64,000 nt of DNA from an uncultured candidate division Zixibacteria bacterium (GCA_963713865.1 OY970208.1:192001-256000), one strand, 5' to 3'. Numbered from the stretch's first letter, positions 38,667 through 50,035 are shown. Translations and numbers: made by a program. The notes: generated by a model from the sequence alone, not told the origin.

Positions 38667-40307
38667 TTAAATGCTTAAGCTCTTATAATTTTTCCGAATA
38701 TTAAAAATCAGTTTAGTTACAACTACCGCAGTAAACAAACTGATTATCACTCCTAAACTCAAAGTAACTGCGAATCCTTTAATCGGTCCAGTTCCAAACT
38801 GGAAAAGAACAGCTGCGGTTATCAGGGTGGTAACATGGGAATCGATAACCGTAAGGAGTGCCCTTTTGTATCCAGCATCAATTGCAGCTCTTATAGTCTT
38901 TCCGGTTCTCATCTCTTCTCTGATCCTCTCGAAAATCAATACATTTGAATCGACTGACATACCCATAGTTAAGATAATTCCTGCAATACCTGGCAGGGTT
39001 AGAGTAGCATGCAAACCCGCTAAAGCAGCCAAAAGATAGATTAAATTCAAAATCAGGGCAAAATCTGCTATTATCCCGGATAATCTGTAATAGATAGCCA
39101 TAAATATTATAACTAATCCGATTCCAAAAATCCCTGCCTTTATACCTTTATTAATAGAATCCTGTCCCAAGGATGGTCCAACTACCCGGTTCTCTATTAT
39201 TTTAACTGGAGCTGGTAGAGCACCTGCTCTCAAGACCACAGCTAAATCCCGGGCATTCTCAATCGTGCCACTACTTCCCAACTCTATAACTCCGCTCTCC
39301 CTGATTTTTGCTCGTATGATGGGAGCTGATTCCACTTTCCCATCCAGGGTAATGGCTAAGGGTTTATCTATGTTTGCGCCGGTAAGCTGAGCGAACTTTC
39401 TCCCTCCTTCTTTAGTGAGGGTGAAATTAACCTGAGGTCTGCGGAACTGGTCAAAATTCTCTCTGGCATCAGTAAGATATTTGCCTGAGAGCTCCACTTT
39501 CTTCTTTAAAAGATAAAGCATCTGATAATCCACTCCCCGGACAGGCTCAGTGGAAGTTGCCCAGGTTAAGGTGTCATCTTCTGGTATTACCTCCAAAACC
39601 AGAGGGTTCCTGAGATATTGATCTATCCTGAGTTTTTCATCTGCCGGAACCAGGAAATAATTGGTGCCAGAAGACTCTAAAAGTGAAGTAAAAGGTTTAT
39701 CAGAAACCTCCCCCTCTTCCTCCTTTGTAGAAGTTGTATCAGCAGTCTCTTTCGAGAAAAGGTCTTTGACCATTTCTTTGGTTTTCTCTTTTTTCTCAGA
39801 AGGTTTCACCTCTTTCCCTTTCTGTGCTAATACTGCATCTATCTTGTTAAATATCTCTTTGGTATTTTCCGGAGTCTCTAAAAGCTTGAATTCTAATTGG
39901 GCGGTTTGACCGATGAGATTTTGAGCTCTTTCCACATCCTGTAATCCGGGTAATTCTACAACAATTCTATCTTCCCCCTGTTTTTGAATAAGAGGCTCAG
40001 CCACTCCGAACTGATCAATCCGGTTCCGGATAATCTCTAAAGCCCGTTCCACAGCATCCTTGCTTTCTTCTGGTTTTAGTTTAGTCTTATCCACCTGCAG
40101 AACTACATGCATTCCTCCTTGTAAATCCAGACCTAACTTAATCCCTTTAAGCTCTAAATTCTGAAGTCCCTGAGGGTCTTTCTCTTTTAAAATTATCTTC
40201 TCCGTCTCGGTTAGCGACCAGAGCCTCAGGGATGGATAAAGATACCAGATAGAGGCAATGATTAGAAAAAGAGTAATCAGGGTAAGCCAGAGTTGTGATC
40301 TTTTCAT
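38667..40307 (-). CDS. secD: Protein translocase subunit SecD
   Basis: LGLDLQGG, RIDQFGVAEP, LRAGALPAP, VGPSLG, VDSNVLIFERIREE. Confidence 0.96.
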   Translation of the reverse strand: MKRSQLWLTLITLFLIIASIWYLYPSLRLWSLTETEKIILKEKDPQGLQNLELKGIKLGLDLQGGMHVVLQVDKTKLKPEESKDAVERALEIIRNRIDQFGVAEPLIQKQGEDRIVVELPGLQDVERAQNLIGQTAQLEFKLLETPENTKEIFNKIDAVLAQKGKEVKPSEKKEKTKEMVKDLFSKETADTTSTKEEEGEVSDKPFTSLLESSGTNYFLVPADEKLRIDQYLRNPLVLEVIPEDDTLTWATSTEPVRGVDYQMLYLLKKKVELSGKYLTDARENFDQFRRPQVNFTLTKEGGRKFAQLTGANIDKPLAITLDGKVESAPIIRAKIRESGVIELGSSGTIENARDLAVVLRAGALPAPVKIIENRVVGPSLGQDSINKGIKAGIFGIGLVIIFMAIYYRLSGIIADFALILNLIYLLAALAGLHATLTLPGIAGIILTMGMSVDSNVLIFERIREEMRTGKTIRAAIDAGYKRALLTVIDSHVTTLITAAVLFQFGTGPIKGFAVTLSLGVIISLFTAVVVTKLIFNIRKNYKSLSI

Positions 40308-40598
40308 TTTTAAAACACTCCTTAATTTAAACCTTCATCTCTACAAGCCGTATCCCGCCAAACGGCGGGATTATTGCCTAAAAAAACAAATCATTCACAA
40401 TCAGAATTAGAAAATATATTAAAAATCCTTAAAGTCAACACAAAATATATATTTTTTACGAACTTTACAGCTGGCTTGTTAGGTAGTTTATAAATTTTGC
40501 TTTATGGATGGAGTTACCTTGTTCTTGTCTTAATCTATGCTTGACAATTCAATTAAGTTATAATTATATATGAAAAAGTTATCGAACTTTGTGATTCT

Positions 40599-42761
40599 AT
40601 GCCTATAGACAAAGCTGAGATATTAAATTATATGGCTGAAAAAGCCTATCGACCCCTGAAAATAAGGGAATTAGCCAGGGGGATGAAGATATCTGAGGAT
40701 AATTACCGTTATTTTCGCCGGACTGTCCGTTCGATGATCCAGGAGGGGTTAATCGTCAAAATCCGGAAAAACCGTTTAGGTCTGCCAGAAAAGCTCAATT
40801 TAGTCGTAGGTAAGCTTATCACTAATAAGTCTGGATTTGGTTTTGTTCAATCAGAGGATGGAACAGAAGAAATCTATATAAGCTCAGATGATCTGGGGAC
40901 TGCCCTGCATGGTGACAAGGTGGTGGTTAGAATTTATGGCAAAAGAACCGGGAAAAGCAGAGAAGGCACGGTTCTAAAAATCCTGGAAAGGGCTAATCGA
41001 ATCCTGGTAGGAACATTTAAACATGGAAAACATTTCGATTTCGTCCAGCCAGATGACAAAAGGTTTACCAGAGATATCTATATCTTAGACTCAGGTGAGG
41101 CTAAGGAAAGGCAAAAGGTAGTAGTCTCCTTAGAGGATTGGCAGGACAAATATCTGAATCCTGAAGGAAAAGTTGTGGAGGTGTTGGGTTATCCAGATGA
41201 GCCAGGCGTGGATATTTTAACCCTGATTAAAGAATACCAGTTGCCTTTAGAATTTCCGGAGACAGTGGAAAGGGAGGCAGAAAGACTCTCGCAGAAAATC
41301 CCGGAATTAGAATATCGCACCCGGGTTGATTCCCGTGATAAAATCTGCTTCACTATAGATCCCTGGGATGCCAAAGACCACGATGATGCCGTGTCCTTGG
41401 AGAAGTTAAAAAATGGAAACCATCTCTTAGGAGTACATATAGCGGATGTCTCCTATTATGTAAAAGAAAACACTAAATTAGATAAAGAAGCTCTCTCCAG
41501 AAGTAACAGCGTCTATTTGGTAGATAGAGTAATCCCGATGTTGCCAGAAAAACTATCTAACCAGATCTGCAGTTTAAGACCTGAAGAGGAGAAATTAACC
41601 TATTCCTGTATTATCGAGATGGATCCGAAAGGTAAAGTAATCAAATACCAGATGGTTGAGAGCATCATCCAGAGCCGGGCGAAATTGAATTACGATGAAG
41701 TGCAATCCTTTTTCGATACCGGCAAGATTAATAAAAATCTTTCAGGTTTGGAAGAGACCTTAAAAGAGATGCTGAAATTGAGCCAGATTCTTCACCGGAA
41801 AAGGATAGCCCGGGGAAGCTTAGACTTCGACTTACCAGAGGTTAAAGTCCTTATGGGCAAGGATGGAAGAGTTTTAGATATCTTCAAAGAAGAAAGGTTA
41901 GAAAGCCATAGATTGATTGAGGAATTCATGCTTCTGGCAAACCAGTGCGTGGCAAAGTACGCCAGTTCTTTAGTCGTTCCTTTCCTCTATCGGGTGCATG
42001 AACAACCGGATAAGGAGAAGATTGAAAATTTTTCAGAATTTGTCTCCACCTTGGGTTACCGCACATCTTTTCAAAAAAAAGATGAATTTATCACCCCTAA
42101 AAAAATTCAGAAATTCTTAAAATCGGTTGAGGGAACTCCCCAGGAAGAGCTGATGAACGAGTTACTTTTAAGGTCTTTGAAAAAAGCCTGTTATCAGCCA
42201 GAGAATATTGGACATTTCGGCTTAGCCTTTTCTCATTACACCCATTTCACCTCTCCGATCCGCAGGTACCCGGACCTTATAATTCACCGTCTCTTAAAAG
42301 AGCTAAAGGAAAATGGTCGCTATACAGCAGAGAGAAATTCTTTTCTTCAAGAGAGATTGCCTCTTATCGGAAAGCTTACCTCTGAGCGGGAAAGGTTAGC
42401 AGATGAAGTAGAACAGGAATCGGTCAAGCTTAAACAGATTGAATTTTTAAAAGATAAATTGGGCGAGGTCTTTGACGGGGTTATCTCTGGAATCCTCCCC
42501 TTTGGTTTCTTCGTCAGGTTGGATGAACTTTTAGCTGAGGGGATGGTCCGCTTAAGCCTGCTGGAAGATGATTATTATAAATTTGAAGAGAAAAACAGAA
42601 GATTAGTGGGCAGGCATACCAGAAAAGTATTGAAACTGGGCGACCGGGTTAAAGTCCAGTTAATCAGGGTAAACAAAGAGGAAAGGGAGATAGATTTTAA
42701 CCTGGTAACCGGGAAAAAAGATTTTAAGAAAAGTAGAAAAAGGAAGAAATTGAGATACTGA
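40599..42761 (+). CDS. rnr: Ribonuclease R
   Basis: N-terminal HTH and CSDs; TIDP.DAKD.DDA, IEEFMLLAN, HFTSPIRRYPD, S1 domain, basic tail. Confidence 0.95.
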   Translation: MPIDKAEILNYMAEKAYRPLKIRELARGMKISEDNYRYFRRTVRSMIQEGLIVKIRKNRLGLPEKLNLVVGKLITNKSGFGFVQSEDGTEEIYISSDDLGTALHGDKVVVRIYGKRTGKSREGTVLKILERANRILVGTFKHGKHFDFVQPDDKRFTRDIYILDSGEAKERQKVVVSLEDWQDKYLNPEGKVVEVLGYPDEPGVDILTLIKEYQLPLEFPETVEREAERLSQKIPELEYRTRVDSRDKICFTIDPWDAKDHDDAVSLEKLKNGNHLLGVHIADVSYYVKENTKLDKEALSRSNSVYLVDRVIPMLPEKLSNQICSLRPEEEKLTYSCIIEMDPKGKVIKYQMVESIIQSRAKLNYDEVQSFFDTGKINKNLSGLEETLKEMLKLSQILHRKRIARGSLDFDLPEVKVLMGKDGRVLDIFKEERLESHRLIEEFMLLANQCVAKYASSLVVPFLYRVHEQPDKEKIENFSEFVSTLGYRTSFQKKDEFITPKKIQKFLKSVEGTPQEELMNELLLRSLKKACYQPENIGHFGLAFSHYTHFTSPIRRYPDLIIHRLLKELKENGRYTAERNSFLQERLPLIGKLTSERERLADEVEQESVKLKQIEFLKDKLGEVFDGVISGILPFGFFVRLDELLAEGMVRLSLLEDDYYKFEEKNRRLVGRHTRKVLKLGDRVKVQLIRVNKEEREIDFNLVTGKKDFKKSRKRKKLRY

Positions 42762-42831
42762 ATTAAAATTAAATAAAGATTGCCAAAGAGTTTTATTTCT
42801 GTTATTTTTTAACCGATTTTAAAAGCTTATT

Positions 42832-44301
42832 ATGATGGATAAACGCAAAATTCTGAGCATAAGTAAATCTGGGGAGTTTCAGAAGGAGCTTAAGAAAATC
42901 CTGCAGGATTTTGAGATTATTTCAACTCAGGACAGCACCGAAGGTCTTAAAAAACTCAAAGAGGAGCCTTCTGAAATTGCTATCCTGGATTCCCGCATAG
43001 AGGACTTCCCCTGCGATAGCCTGATAAAAAAGATATTAATCAAAAATCCAAAAACCAACATCCTGGTGGCTTTAGAGGACCAGGATGAACAGGGGGACAT
43101 CTTCATCCGATGCGGGGCAGACGATCTTTTAAAATTACCCTTAATCAGCGAAGAAATCAACTTAAAGGTAAAAAAACTAATCAATGAAAAAGATTTCTTG
43201 GAATCCTGTGGTTTGGTTGGAAAATCAGAGGAGCTGAAGAAAATCGCTGAGGCAGTTCTGCAGGTTTCTCCTACTAATATCACGGTTTTGATAACCGGTG
43301 AAAGTGGCACTGGCAAGGAACTGGTTGCAAGAGCTATTCATAACAACAGTTTGAGAAAAGATAATCCCTTTATAGCCGCCAACTGCGGGGCTTTAGCAGA
43401 GGGAGTTTTAGAAAGCGAGCTTTTCGGCCATGAAAGGGGAGCATTCACCGGAGCGGTAAGCCGGAGAGAAGGATTCTTCGAAAGAGCAGATAAGGGAACT
43501 ATCTTCTTAGACGAAATTGCAGAAATAAAGCCAGCTACACAGGTCAAGCTTTTACGGGTATTAGAGGAGAAAAGTTTTTTAAGGGTTGGAGGAATCAAGG
43601 ATGTCAAGATCGATGTCCGGGTTATTGCAGCAACGAATAGGGACATAGAAAAAGAAGTGCAGGAAGGGAATTTTCGAAAAGACCTTTACTTCAGGTTATG
43701 CGTGGTCAAGATCGACATCCCTCCTTTAAGGGAAAGGACCAAGGACATACCTATACTGGTATATGATTTCATCCAGAAGCTAAACCAGGCAAGCACGAAA
43801 AAAATTTCAGGTGTTACCGAAGATGCTATGGAGCTTTTATTGAAATATCACTGGCCCGGAAACGTAAGGGAGCTAAAGAATTTTTTAGAAAGTATGCTCG
43901 TTTTTTCTGCAGACCGCTTTATAGAAGCCCGGGATGTTTTAAAATATATCGAGAAGAAGGTTCAGACCGAAAGCTATCTGCCGGTTCTGACGGGCAAAAC
44001 AGTGGCTATGGCTGAGCATGAGCTAATCTACCAGGCTCTCTTAGGCTTAAGAAAAGAGATCTCTGAGCTGAGAAAAGTATTTCTAGAAGAGAGAAGCTTA
44101 GAACTTATAGCCAAAGAAGATAAAAAAGGGAAAGAGCTTGAGATAAAGCCTCAACTCAGTATAGAGGAAATGGAAAAAGAGCTTATCGCTAAGACCTTGA
44201 AGGAAACTGGAAACAATCGGAAAAGAGCTGCCAAAATTCTGGGAATTGGCGAGAGAACTTTATACCGGAAAATCGATAAATATGGGCTGAGATCCCATTA
44301 A
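42832..44301 (+). CDS. Sigma54-dependent Fis-family activator with degenerate receiver domain
   Basis: GESGTGKE, ESELFGHERGAFTGA, WPGNVREL, C-terminal HTH. Confidence 0.93.
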   Translation: MMDKRKILSISKSGEFQKELKKILQDFEIISTQDSTEGLKKLKEEPSEIAILDSRIEDFPCDSLIKKILIKNPKTNILVALEDQDEQGDIFIRCGADDLLKLPLISEEINLKVKKLINEKDFLESCGLVGKSEELKKIAEAVLQVSPTNITVLITGESGTGKELVARAIHNNSLRKDNPFIAANCGALAEGVLESELFGHERGAFTGAVSRREGFFERADKGTIFLDEIAEIKPATQVKLLRVLEEKSFLRVGGIKDVKIDVRVIAATNRDIEKEVQEGNFRKDLYFRLCVVKIDIPPLRERTKDIPILVYDFIQKLNQASTKKISGVTEDAMELLLKYHWPGNVRELKNFLESMLVFSADRFIEARDVLKYIEKKVQTESYLPVLTGKTVAMAEHELIYQALLGLRKEISELRKVFLEERSLELIAKEDKKGKELEIKPQLSIEEMEKELIAKTLKETGNNRKRAAKILGIGERTLYRKIDKYGLRSH

Positions 44302-44338
44302 AATTTTTGAATTGTTTTATTCTTTTCTTTTATCTTTC

Positions 44339-46000
44339 ATGCGAAAGTTTACAATTTGTTTTTTTATTCTGTTTTTTGTCCACTCTTGCACGGTTTTTTC
44401 TCAAACCATCTCCTCCCAGCTCTATGAAAATGAAGAAGATATAGAAGATGGATTCTTATCTGGAGAGCTGACCTATGATGAATACATAGAGCTTCTGGAC
44501 CTTCTCAGAGAAGGTGTAGCTTTTAATTCTCCGCAAAAAGACCGCTTGCTATTTTTGCCCGATTTAAGCCAATCCGAAATAGACCAGGCTCCAGACACTT
44601 CAAGCAACATCTATCTTTCAGAGATAAACCTGCGCACTTATCCAGTAGCTAAAAGCTTTTTTCTACCAGAGATGTTAAACCAGACTCAAGGCAGGGTCTC
44701 CATTCAATCCCAGCAGAGATTTGACCGGAATCAGTCTTACAATTTCGTCCTGGCCGAATTCAAATTAAAAAATAAGCTCCGGTTTAATATCCAGCTACAA
44801 AAGGAGGGTTCATCTGACCCCTTGATAAAAAAGAGGGGGTTGGAGCTTTCATCTTTCCCCTTCCTGAAAAGAGTGGTATTAGGCAACTTTGATAAAAAAA
44901 TAGGACTGGGTTTAAACATAGGTTATCATCCCTTCTTGAAATCAGGGGGACAGGATGAAAAAAATACTTTTCTCTATCCAGTCTCAGGAAGATATAACGG
45001 CATTTTAATGGAATCGAAATTCGGTTTTTTCTCTCCGGAGTTTATCCTTTCAAAGAATAAAAAAGGTGATTTTTCTGAAGAGCTCTGGGCATTAAATCTA
45101 CAATTTTCTAACCGGGGATTGAACTTCGGAATATTGCGCTCTGAAGGCAGTTTAAGAAATCTATCAAATCATTCCTCCTTTTATGACAGGAATTCAAGCT
45201 TTTATCTCAAAGTTAGAAAAGAAAAAATTGGTTTTGCCGGCGAATATTCCTTATTAAACAATGGTGGCAAGGGGTGGGCATCCATATTGACTTTAAAAGA
45301 TAAATCTTACTTCCTGGAATTATCCGGCTGGAGTTATACGGATAATTATTTACATCTTTTCGGAGCAGGTCTCTCCAATCCAGATTATACCTATATAGAA
45401 ATAGAGGACGTGGGATATGAATATCCCTCCAGAGAAATGGGCGAGAATGGAATAATGCTCAAATCAGATTATCTTCTTTCCCCTGATCTTTCCTTTGATT
45501 TCAAATTTAGCCAGTGGAAAGAAAATCCTCACTCCCCCTATAAGCTCAGACAAAAAATAGGACTAAAAATTACTTCATCTGAGAAGATAAAAGCCGGATT
45601 GGAATATCTCTATTCTGACTCCGATTTGGAAGAGGAGGGACAAGCTCAAAATCTCTTTACCTCCACTTTCATATTAAAACCCCAAGAAAAAAGTTCTTTT
45701 CGACTGATAACCAGATACGGGAAAAGGAGACTTTCTACTTCAACTGGCCAAAGAAGTTCTTTTGAACTCCAACTTCGCTCAGACTTAGAATGGTTTTCAC
45801 CTTTTCTTCTCATCCTCTGGGTTAGATATAAAGATAACGACCTGTCTCTGGCTAAAAATGGATACTGGGATCTACGAATTCAGGAAAGCTTTTCCCTTTT
45901 CCGGGGTTCTCTTTTTAAAGGCGAGTATTTTATTAAATTCAACTCTGTGGAAAGAAATAAAGTGCAGGGTGCCAAGTTCTGGCTGGAGGTGGGCTTTTGA
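44339..46000 (+). CDS. Hypothetical outer-membrane beta-barrel protein
   Basis: Signal peptide, alternating amphipathic strands, terminal Phe. Confidence 0.65.
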   Translation: MRKFTICFFILFFVHSCTVFSQTISSQLYENEEDIEDGFLSGELTYDEYIELLDLLREGVAFNSPQKDRLLFLPDLSQSEIDQAPDTSSNIYLSEINLRTYPVAKSFFLPEMLNQTQGRVSIQSQQRFDRNQSYNFVLAEFKLKNKLRFNIQLQKEGSSDPLIKKRGLELSSFPFLKRVVLGNFDKKIGLGLNIGYHPFLKSGGQDEKNTFLYPVSGRYNGILMESKFGFFSPEFILSKNKKGDFSEELWALNLQFSNRGLNFGILRSEGSLRNLSNHSSFYDRNSSFYLKVRKEKIGFAGEYSLLNNGGKGWASILTLKDKSYFLELSGWSYTDNYLHLFGAGLSNPDYTYIEIEDVGYEYPSREMGENGIMLKSDYLLSPDLSFDFKFSQWKENPHSPYKLRQKIGLKITSSEKIKAGLEYLYSDSDLEEEGQAQNLFTSTFILKPQEKSSFRLITRYGKRRLSTSTGQRSSFELQLRSDLEWFSPFLLILWVRYKDNDLSLAKNGYWDLRIQESFSLFRGSLFKGEYFIKFNSVERNKVQGAKFWLEVGF

Positions 46001-47703
46001 GAAAACTTAATTTTGGATTTATTATTGCAATCTTACTGCTTTTAGTTCAAGCTCAAACTTCTTTGAGCAAAGTAGTAATCAACGAAGTTTTAGCTAACGA
46101 GCCTTCCTCTGAAACAAAATTAGAATGGGTAGAGCTTTTCAATCTTGACAGTTCAGCAGTTGACCTGGGTGGCTGGACCTTCATAAGCAAACAAGATACA
46201 ACTGTATTTCCTTCTGGAACATCAATTCCGGGGAAAGATTATCTCATCTTAGCCCGGAAGCTGGTTTCCGTCCTTCCTGATACAGAGAGTTTCGAATATC
46301 ACTGGGGGAACGGGAGTGGGGTCTGGGGAGACTGTCCTGAAGAAGATTACCCTGCAATTGAAGTAAAATTCTCTTTAACCAATACTGCAGGAACTGTAAC
46401 TCTAATCGACCAAGAACAGAATAGCTCAAGCTTTTCCTGGAATAAAGATCCAGGAGATGGTATTTCCTGGGAAAGGATTTTGCCCTCAGTTGAGGATAGT
46501 CTATCCAACTGGGGATTCTGCATTTATTCCGGGGGAAGCACACCCGGGAAAGTAAACTCCCTGACTCCAGTTCCAAACGATCTTTCGATTTCATCCGAAG
46601 ACCTTTCTTTAGAGCCGCAATCTCCTGAAGAAAACCAGACCTTTGAAGTTAAAGTCAAAGTAAAAAATTCAGGCAATTCAACCTCAGAGGAAAATCAGCT
46701 TTACTTTTTCTGCGATTATAATTTCGATGGAAGATTGGAGGAAAACGAGACTTTAAGTTCACCTATTCATATTCCTCCTTTAATTTTAAATCAGGAGACA
46801 ACATTTGTAAAGGAACTCTCTTTGTCAAAAGGTAATTACAGATTATATGCACAGACAGGAGAAGATGATAAAGATTATAACAATCAGGCATTTATTAATC
46901 TTCGCATAGGTTCTATCCTGCCGGATGTTATCATAAATGAATTTTTGTGCTCGCCGAACGATAACCAGCCCGAATGGGTTGAACTTTATAATCGATCCGA
47001 TACTTTAATCAATCTGAAAAATTATCTTTTTGGAGACTCTGTAGCCCAGAGTCTTATAACCAATGAAGACCTGAATTTGCATGCTCACGATTACTTAATC
47101 TTAACTGAAAACTATTCACTCTTTCTATCCAGTTATCCGGAGGCAAATTGCAGCCTAATCGAGCCTGAAACCTGGCATATTCTGAATAACACCGGTGACC
47201 GGATTATCCTTAAAGATAGCCTGGGTTTTGTAATAGATGAAGTAAGTTATAATTCTGGAGTAGATATAAAGGGAGTATCTCAGGAAAGAATCAGTTCAGA
47301 AAGGATATCTTCAGATCAGGACAACTGGTGGAGATCAGTTGATCCTGCAGGCTCTACCCCATGTAAGATGAACAGCATTCAGGATTCACCTTCTTCAGAT
47401 GAGATAAAAGTAGAGATAAACCCTGACCCATTCTCCCCGGATGGAGATGGATTTGAGGACCAGACCAGGATAAAATATACTATTCCTTTCAGGTCTGAGC
47501 TGACTCTGATAATTTATGATGTAAAAGGAAGGCTGGTCAAAACTTTAATGGACAAAGAACCCCAGATCTCCGGAGAAATTTTCTGGGAAGGGGAGGATGA
47601 TCAGGGGAGAAAAGTAAAAGTAGGCATCTATATCTTGTATTTGGAAGTCTCAGGCTCAAAAAATCTCTCAAAAAAATCAACTGTTGTTGTAGCCAGAAGA
47701 TAG
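45997..47703 (+). CDS. Secreted lamin-tail-domain protein with type-B-like/FlgD C-terminal domain
   Basis: Two INE...EWVEL.N LTD repeats, GSTP, CARDB-like Ig, FSPDGDG.ED...IYDVKGRLV...GIYI. Confidence 0.85.
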   Translation: MRKLNFGFIIAILLLLVQAQTSLSKVVINEVLANEPSSETKLEWVELFNLDSSAVDLGGWTFISKQDTTVFPSGTSIPGKDYLILARKLVSVLPDTESFEYHWGNGSGVWGDCPEEDYPAIEVKFSLTNTAGTVTLIDQEQNSSSFSWNKDPGDGISWERILPSVEDSLSNWGFCIYSGGSTPGKVNSLTPVPNDLSISSEDLSLEPQSPEENQTFEVKVKVKNSGNSTSEENQLYFFCDYNFDGRLEENETLSSPIHIPPLILNQETTFVKELSLSKGNYRLYAQTGEDDKDYNNQAFINLRIGSILPDVIINEFLCSPNDNQPEWVELYNRSDTLINLKNYLFGDSVAQSLITNEDLNLHAHDYLILTENYSLFLSSYPEANCSLIEPETWHILNNTGDRIILKDSLGFVIDEVSYNSGVDIKGVSQERISSERISSDQDNWWRSVDPAGSTPCKMNSIQDSPSSDEIKVEINPDPFSPDGDGFEDQTRIKYTIPFRSELTLIIYDVKGRLVKTLMDKEPQISGEIFWEGEDDQGRKVKVGIYILYLEVSGSKNLSKKSTVVVARR

Positions 47704-47979
47704 GTTTTTATGAAAGCTTTTACATTCATACTGATTTTGAGCTTCATACCTCTTAAACTCACTTTTTCTGCCTTTGAAGAAAAACCCGGCAGTGCCAGAA
47801 GTTTTAGCCTGGGGGGAGCCACCACTTCCTTAAGCTTAGAAGCTTCTAATCTTTTTTCCAATCCTGCCTCACTTGGACTTTTAACTAAAAGAGAAATACA
47901 GCTAAGCTGGTCTAAATTGTTTGGCTTGGAAGAGCTTTCCTCTGGCGATTTCTATTTCACATTTCCTCTGAATAAAAGA

Positions 47980-49426
47980 TGTAATCGCAATATAATAATG
48001 TCCTGTTTTAGCAAAGCAGAAATGTCCTATTTAGAGATTGCCATAGTATCTTTTTCCAAAGGAGGATATTATGGCAGGGAAGGACATAATAAAGATGAGC
48101 CAGGAGGAGCTAAAGAGGATAAATGTGATTCACCAGGCAATTGACAAGGGTTTAACTCAAGTAGAGGCAGCTGGGATATTAGGTTTAAGCGATAGGCAGG
48201 TCAGAAGAATAATAAAGCGGGTGATAGAAGAAGGCGACCGAGGTATAGTCCACAGATCTCGAGGAAAACCATCGCATAATATGACACCGGATATGATAAA
48301 GACAAGGGTTCTTGAGCTTTATGAGGAGAGATATGCAGGATTTGGTCCGACCTTAGCGACAGAGAAGCTTTTAGAGATAGACAAGATAGGTTTAAGTCGA
48401 GAGACCTTAAGGAACTGGCTCAAGGAGAAAGGGATAGAGTACCGGGGTCGAAAGAGAAAGGCTCATCGTCAGTGGCGTCAGAGGAGGCGTTATTTTGGCG
48501 AGATGATCCAGCTGGACGGTTCTCATCATGATTGGCTGGAGAGCAGGGGTCCGGAATGTGTTCTTATGGGTTATGTGGATGACGCTACCGGTAATGTCTT
48601 TGCAAGATTTTATCCTTATGAAGGCACCATTCCAGCTATGGACAGTTTTAAACGTTATATCAAAAAATATGGTATTCCGCTGAGCATATATTTAGACAAG
48701 CATACCACATATAAATCAACTAAGAAGCCTTCTATAGAAGACCAGCTTAAGGGAATAGAGCCGTTGAGTGAGGTTGCCAGAGCTTTTAAGGAATTGGGAG
48801 TTAAGATTATCTATGCCCATTCTCCTCAGGCTAAGGGGAGGATAGAGAGACAATTCAGGACTTTCCAGGATCGCCTAATAAAGGAGATGAGGCTAAGAGG
48901 TATTAAGACCATAGAAGAAGCCAATCGACTCTTAAGATACTACCTGCCCATATATAATAAGCGATTCAGCTTTAGGGCGGCAGAAGAGCTTGATCTTCAT
49001 AGACCTGTTCCCATAGCTCTTAACCTGGATCGAATACTATGCTTTAAGACCGAAAGGGCTTTAAGGAACGACTTCACGGTAGCGCATAATAACAGGCTCT
49101 ATCAGATAAAGGATAATGTAAGAACTAACAATGTGATAGTAGAAGATATGATAGATGGCTCTATGCTAATTACCTATAAAGATACCATCTTGAAGTTTAA
49201 AGAGATTATCATCAGGCCTAAGAGAGAAAAAGAAACTCCAAAACTACCCATATTAAAACTCAAAACGGCTTATATACCTCCAGTGGATCATCCCTGGCGG
49301 AAGTTTAAGGTTAATTCACAATATAGACCTTATGAACAAAAAGAACAAAAGCTACTATTAACTAAAACATGAAAACAGGACATTTTAACTTTGTAGAAAT
49401 TAGGACATTTTAATCTTGCTATAACA
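47980..49426 (+). mobile_element. IS1202-family (ISNCY) insertion sequence with 17-bp target duplication
   Basis: TGT..ACA ends, imperfect IRs with repeated AATGTCC; TTCCTCTGAATAAAAGA at 47963-47979 and 49427-49443. Confidence 0.92.
48071..49372 (+). CDS. IS1202/ISNCY DDE transposase
   Basis: HTH, GFGPTLA.EKL, QLDGS.H.W, VDDAT, YLDK, SPQAKGRIER.F.T.QDRL. Confidence 0.93.
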   Translation: MAGKDIIKMSQEELKRINVIHQAIDKGLTQVEAAGILGLSDRQVRRIIKRVIEEGDRGIVHRSRGKPSHNMTPDMIKTRVLELYEERYAGFGPTLATEKLLEIDKIGLSRETLRNWLKEKGIEYRGRKRKAHRQWRQRRRYFGEMIQLDGSHHDWLESRGPECVLMGYVDDATGNVFARFYPYEGTIPAMDSFKRYIKKYGIPLSIYLDKHTTYKSTKKPSIEDQLKGIEPLSEVARAFKELGVKIIYAHSPQAKGRIERQFRTFQDRLIKEMRLRGIKTIEEANRLLRYYLPIYNKRFSFRAAEELDLHRPVPIALNLDRILCFKTERALRNDFTVAHNNRLYQIKDNVRTNNVIVEDMIDGSMLITYKDTILKFKEIIIRPKREKETPKLPILKLKTAYIPPVDHPWRKFKVNSQYRPYEQKEQKLLLTKT

Positions 49427-50035
49427 TTCCTCTGAATAAAAGATTGACCTTGGGGACAGGATATAATATCTTTGGGAAAAATGATTACTATCAGGAGAAT
49501 CTGGTAATATTGGGAATAGGAATAAAAGTGTGTGAATCGATTTCATTGGGAACGAATTTAAAATATTTTCAACTCTCTTTTCCTCTACCCTATGGTGATT
49601 ACAGGGCTTTAGGAATTGACCTGGGCTCCCTTTTCAGGATAAAAGACAAGGCTCAGCTCGGATTAGCCTTGAAAAACATAAACCAGCCTGAACTGATAGA
49701 GAATTCAGAGAAAATCCCTTTCTCCTATTCAGCAGGAATTTCGCTGTATCCTTACAAACAGGTTCTTCTCTCCGCAGATTTATATAAAACTGAATCTGAG
49801 GAAGAGGAGTTCAGGTTCGGACAGGAGATAAAACTTTTTTCTAACCTGGCATTAAGATTCGGGATGAAAAGTGCTCCAGCTTGCTATTCCTTAGGTACTG
49901 GAGTGGAATTAGAAAAATTGAGATTGGATTATGGATATTTAAGCCATCCAGTTTTAGGTGGAAGTCACAAGGTTACTTTATCATTGAACTTTTAGAGAGT
50001 CGTCTTTTATTATTTGAACTAAAAGGAGCAGTCAA

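Larger units (their letters stand above)
47710..49995 (+). pseudogene. PorV/PorQ-like outer-membrane barrel gene interrupted by IS
   Basis: 47710-47979 (SARSFSLGG, NPASL) joins in frame to 49444-49995 (..HPVLGGSHKVTLSLNF) giving 273 aa. Confidence 0.85.

Noticed and set aside
47710-48144. 144-aa ORF as a complete gene
   Set aside because: Residues after FPLNKR are read-through into the IS left end; the real continuation is at 49444
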